A DNA stretch of 64,000 nt, taken from the NCBI GenBank assembly GCA_013265495.1, contig MU058337.1:1542777-1606776 (forward strand), read 5' to 3'. This document shows, piece after piece, positions 62,346 through 64,000 of this stretch. Every line of letters starts with the position of its first letter. The first letter of the stretch is position 1. The position numbers and the translations under genes are program-made. Source of the stretch: Vicugna vicugna (lineage: Eukaryota). The notes beneath the pieces are model-generated. The model made no database searches. It was not told where the DNA came from and saw nothing but the letters and a program-made list of their open reading frames with translations.

Positions 62346-62614
62346 AAAACCCTTACAAAATGTGGGGGAAAAATAATACCACTCCTCTTTTCCCTCCAGT
62401 ATTGGTTCACCTACTATCCCTCCTCTACTTCTGCTCCTGGTTTAGGACATGAACTCAGTCTATACAGGTGCACCACGTACTGCTTACCTGCAGCACTTGA
62501 CTGATGTTCATGAAGTGCTGAGATCAGGTAGGAATGGAAGCATCTTCCCTGCGAAGGTTCAGAGGGTAGAGATTGACATCAGGAGTAGATTAATTTATAT
62601 CTTTGACTGGACAG

Positions 62615-62800
62615 CTGCAGCACAGTGGAAGGGTTGAGCAATCTCTGGAGTCAAGAGTCCTGGGAGGCCAATCTCAGCTCTGTATCATGTTGAGCGACCT
62701 AACCCTCAACTTCGTCATCTGCAAGGTACGATTAGTGGCGGTACTTGCCTGTAATGAAAAAGTCCACACAAACTGTTTGGCACAGTGCTCAGCGAGTTTT
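62615..62800 (+). mobile_element. MIR SINE
   Basis: tctctggagtcaagagtcctggg...aatctcagctctg...cctcaacttcgtcatctgcaagg...tttggcacagtgctcagc. Confidence 0.65.
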
Positions 62801-63243
62801 CTTACAACTGGAGCGATTGTTTTCCTCTGGTCCTTCATCCAACAAATATGTATTGTCTGTTGTGTCAGACGTGAGTCCTGGTGCTGAGGGTGCAGGTGGG
62901 AAAGTCGTCATCTTGGCCCCGAAGGCACTTCTAGTTTAATGAAGGAGACAGAAGATTAAGAAGGGCACATGACAGAGGACAAGAAAACTAGGGTAAAGAG
63001 AAGCATGTCTAGGATGAGAAACCGAGATGTTTATAGACTGAAGAACATATATTAAGAGAGAGAAAATCAAGCTGTCATAGGATTTCACACCCTCAAAAGC
63101 ACGAGGAGTGGGTGGCATTGTTTAATGGGTACAGAGACTCTGGGATGATGATAAGTTCTGGAGGTGAACAGTGGCGATGGTGGCACAAGGTTGCGAATGC
63201 ATATAATGCTCCTGAACCGTGCACTTAAAAGTGGTTAAAGTGG

Positions 63244-63584
63244 AAAAGAATGAAATAGTGTCATTTGCAGCAACGTGGATGGACCTAGAGATTATCATAC
63301 TAAGTGAAGTCAGTCAGAGACAAATCTCGTGTGGTATCACTTATATGTGGAATCTTAAAAAATAATGCAAATGAACTTAATTACAGACAGAATCACAGAC
63401 ATAGAAAACAAATTTAAAGTTACCAAAGATGAAAGGGTGGGGAGGGATAAATTAGGAGTTTGGGTTTAGCAGATAAAAACTACCCTATATAAAACAGATA
63501 AACAACAAGGTCCCACATAACACAGGGAACTATATTCAATATCTTGTAATAATTTATAATGAAAAAGAACCTGAAAAAGAATAC

Positions 63585-63632
<48 letters not shown>

Positions 63633-63744
63633 GTATATATGAATATGTATATATAATTGAATCACTTGAGTATATATATATATAATTGAATCAGTATACG
63701 GTACACCAGAAACTAACACATTGTAAATCAACTATATTTCAGTT
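63244..63744 (+). mobile_element. Younger 5'-truncated L1 3' end nested in the L1MB-like element
   Basis: aaaagaatgaaatagtgtcatttgcagcaacgtggatggacctagag...gtaaatcaactatatttcagtt. 17-bp degenerate TSD at 63227-63243 / 63745-63761. Confidence 0.88.
63588..63629. repeat. (TA)n microsatellite, about 21 units
   Basis: Uninterrupted TA run read directly. Confidence 0.95.
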
Positions 63745-64000
63745 AAAAATGGTTAAGATGGTAAATTTTATGTTGCATGTATTTTATCACATTAAGAAAA
63801 AAAAAGTTTTTGAAGGCACAGGGAGAGGCTGTCAGTCTTGGAAAGGTAGATACAGTCTGAAACTGACATAACGTAAAAAACTAACAGAATTAGAAATATT
63901 CCTTGAGGCAGACTGAAAGGCATTTGAGGAGCTTCGTGATCTGTTTTTCAGTTAGAAGGAGAGGAGATGGTGACTCACAGAGGAGGAGACTGCAGTAGGT

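Larger units (their letters stand above)
63110..63805 (+). mobile_element. L1MB-like 3' end split by a younger L1 insertion
   Basis: ttgtttaatgggtacagag...gcacttaaaagtggttaaagtgg resumes after the insert as atggttaagatggtaaattttatgttgcatgtattttatcaca plus A tail. Confidence 0.82.

Noticed and set aside
1..64000. CRISPR arrays, operons, rRNA or other prokaryotic-type systems; processed pseudogenes; intact ERV or transposase genes
   Set aside because: The sequence is mammalian intron and intergenic DNA. I saw no regularly spaced repeats, no long intact ORFs and no recognisable retrocopy.

Overview
Mammalian genomic DNA, very probably a camelid (camel, llama or alpaca), inferred from three tRNA-derived Vic-1-type SINEs and artiodactyl-type L1 3' ends. 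The window starts inside intron 2 of EFNB2 (ephrin-B2, + strand). It contains coding exons 3, 4 and 5 (8590-8682, 9412-9525, 10895-11283) and a ~3.2 kb 3'UTR ending near 14490. The remaining ~49 kb has no recognisable protein-coding gene and consists of L1, L2, MIR, ERVL/MaLR LTR and Tigger remnants plus several repeat-free, motif-dense blocks that may be enhancers. Apart from EFNB2 and decayed L1 ORF2 pieces, the ORF track looks like noise. I found no convincing novel gene system. The most interesting observations are: 2-3 5'-inverted (twin-primed) L1 insertions; an internally deleted SINE with a 5' hairpin extension; signs of GC-biased conversion (GC-shifted last exon and UTR, a CpG-rich patch possibly built from an L2 tail); a tandem RFX X-box dyad; paired RBPJ sites; a homeodomain-site cluster in intron 4; and a dense post-transcriptional motif set in the 3'UTR. 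Repeat subfamily names and human comparisons come from my recall of consensus sequences, not from a search, and repeat boundaries are approximate unless TSDs or TIRs are given.
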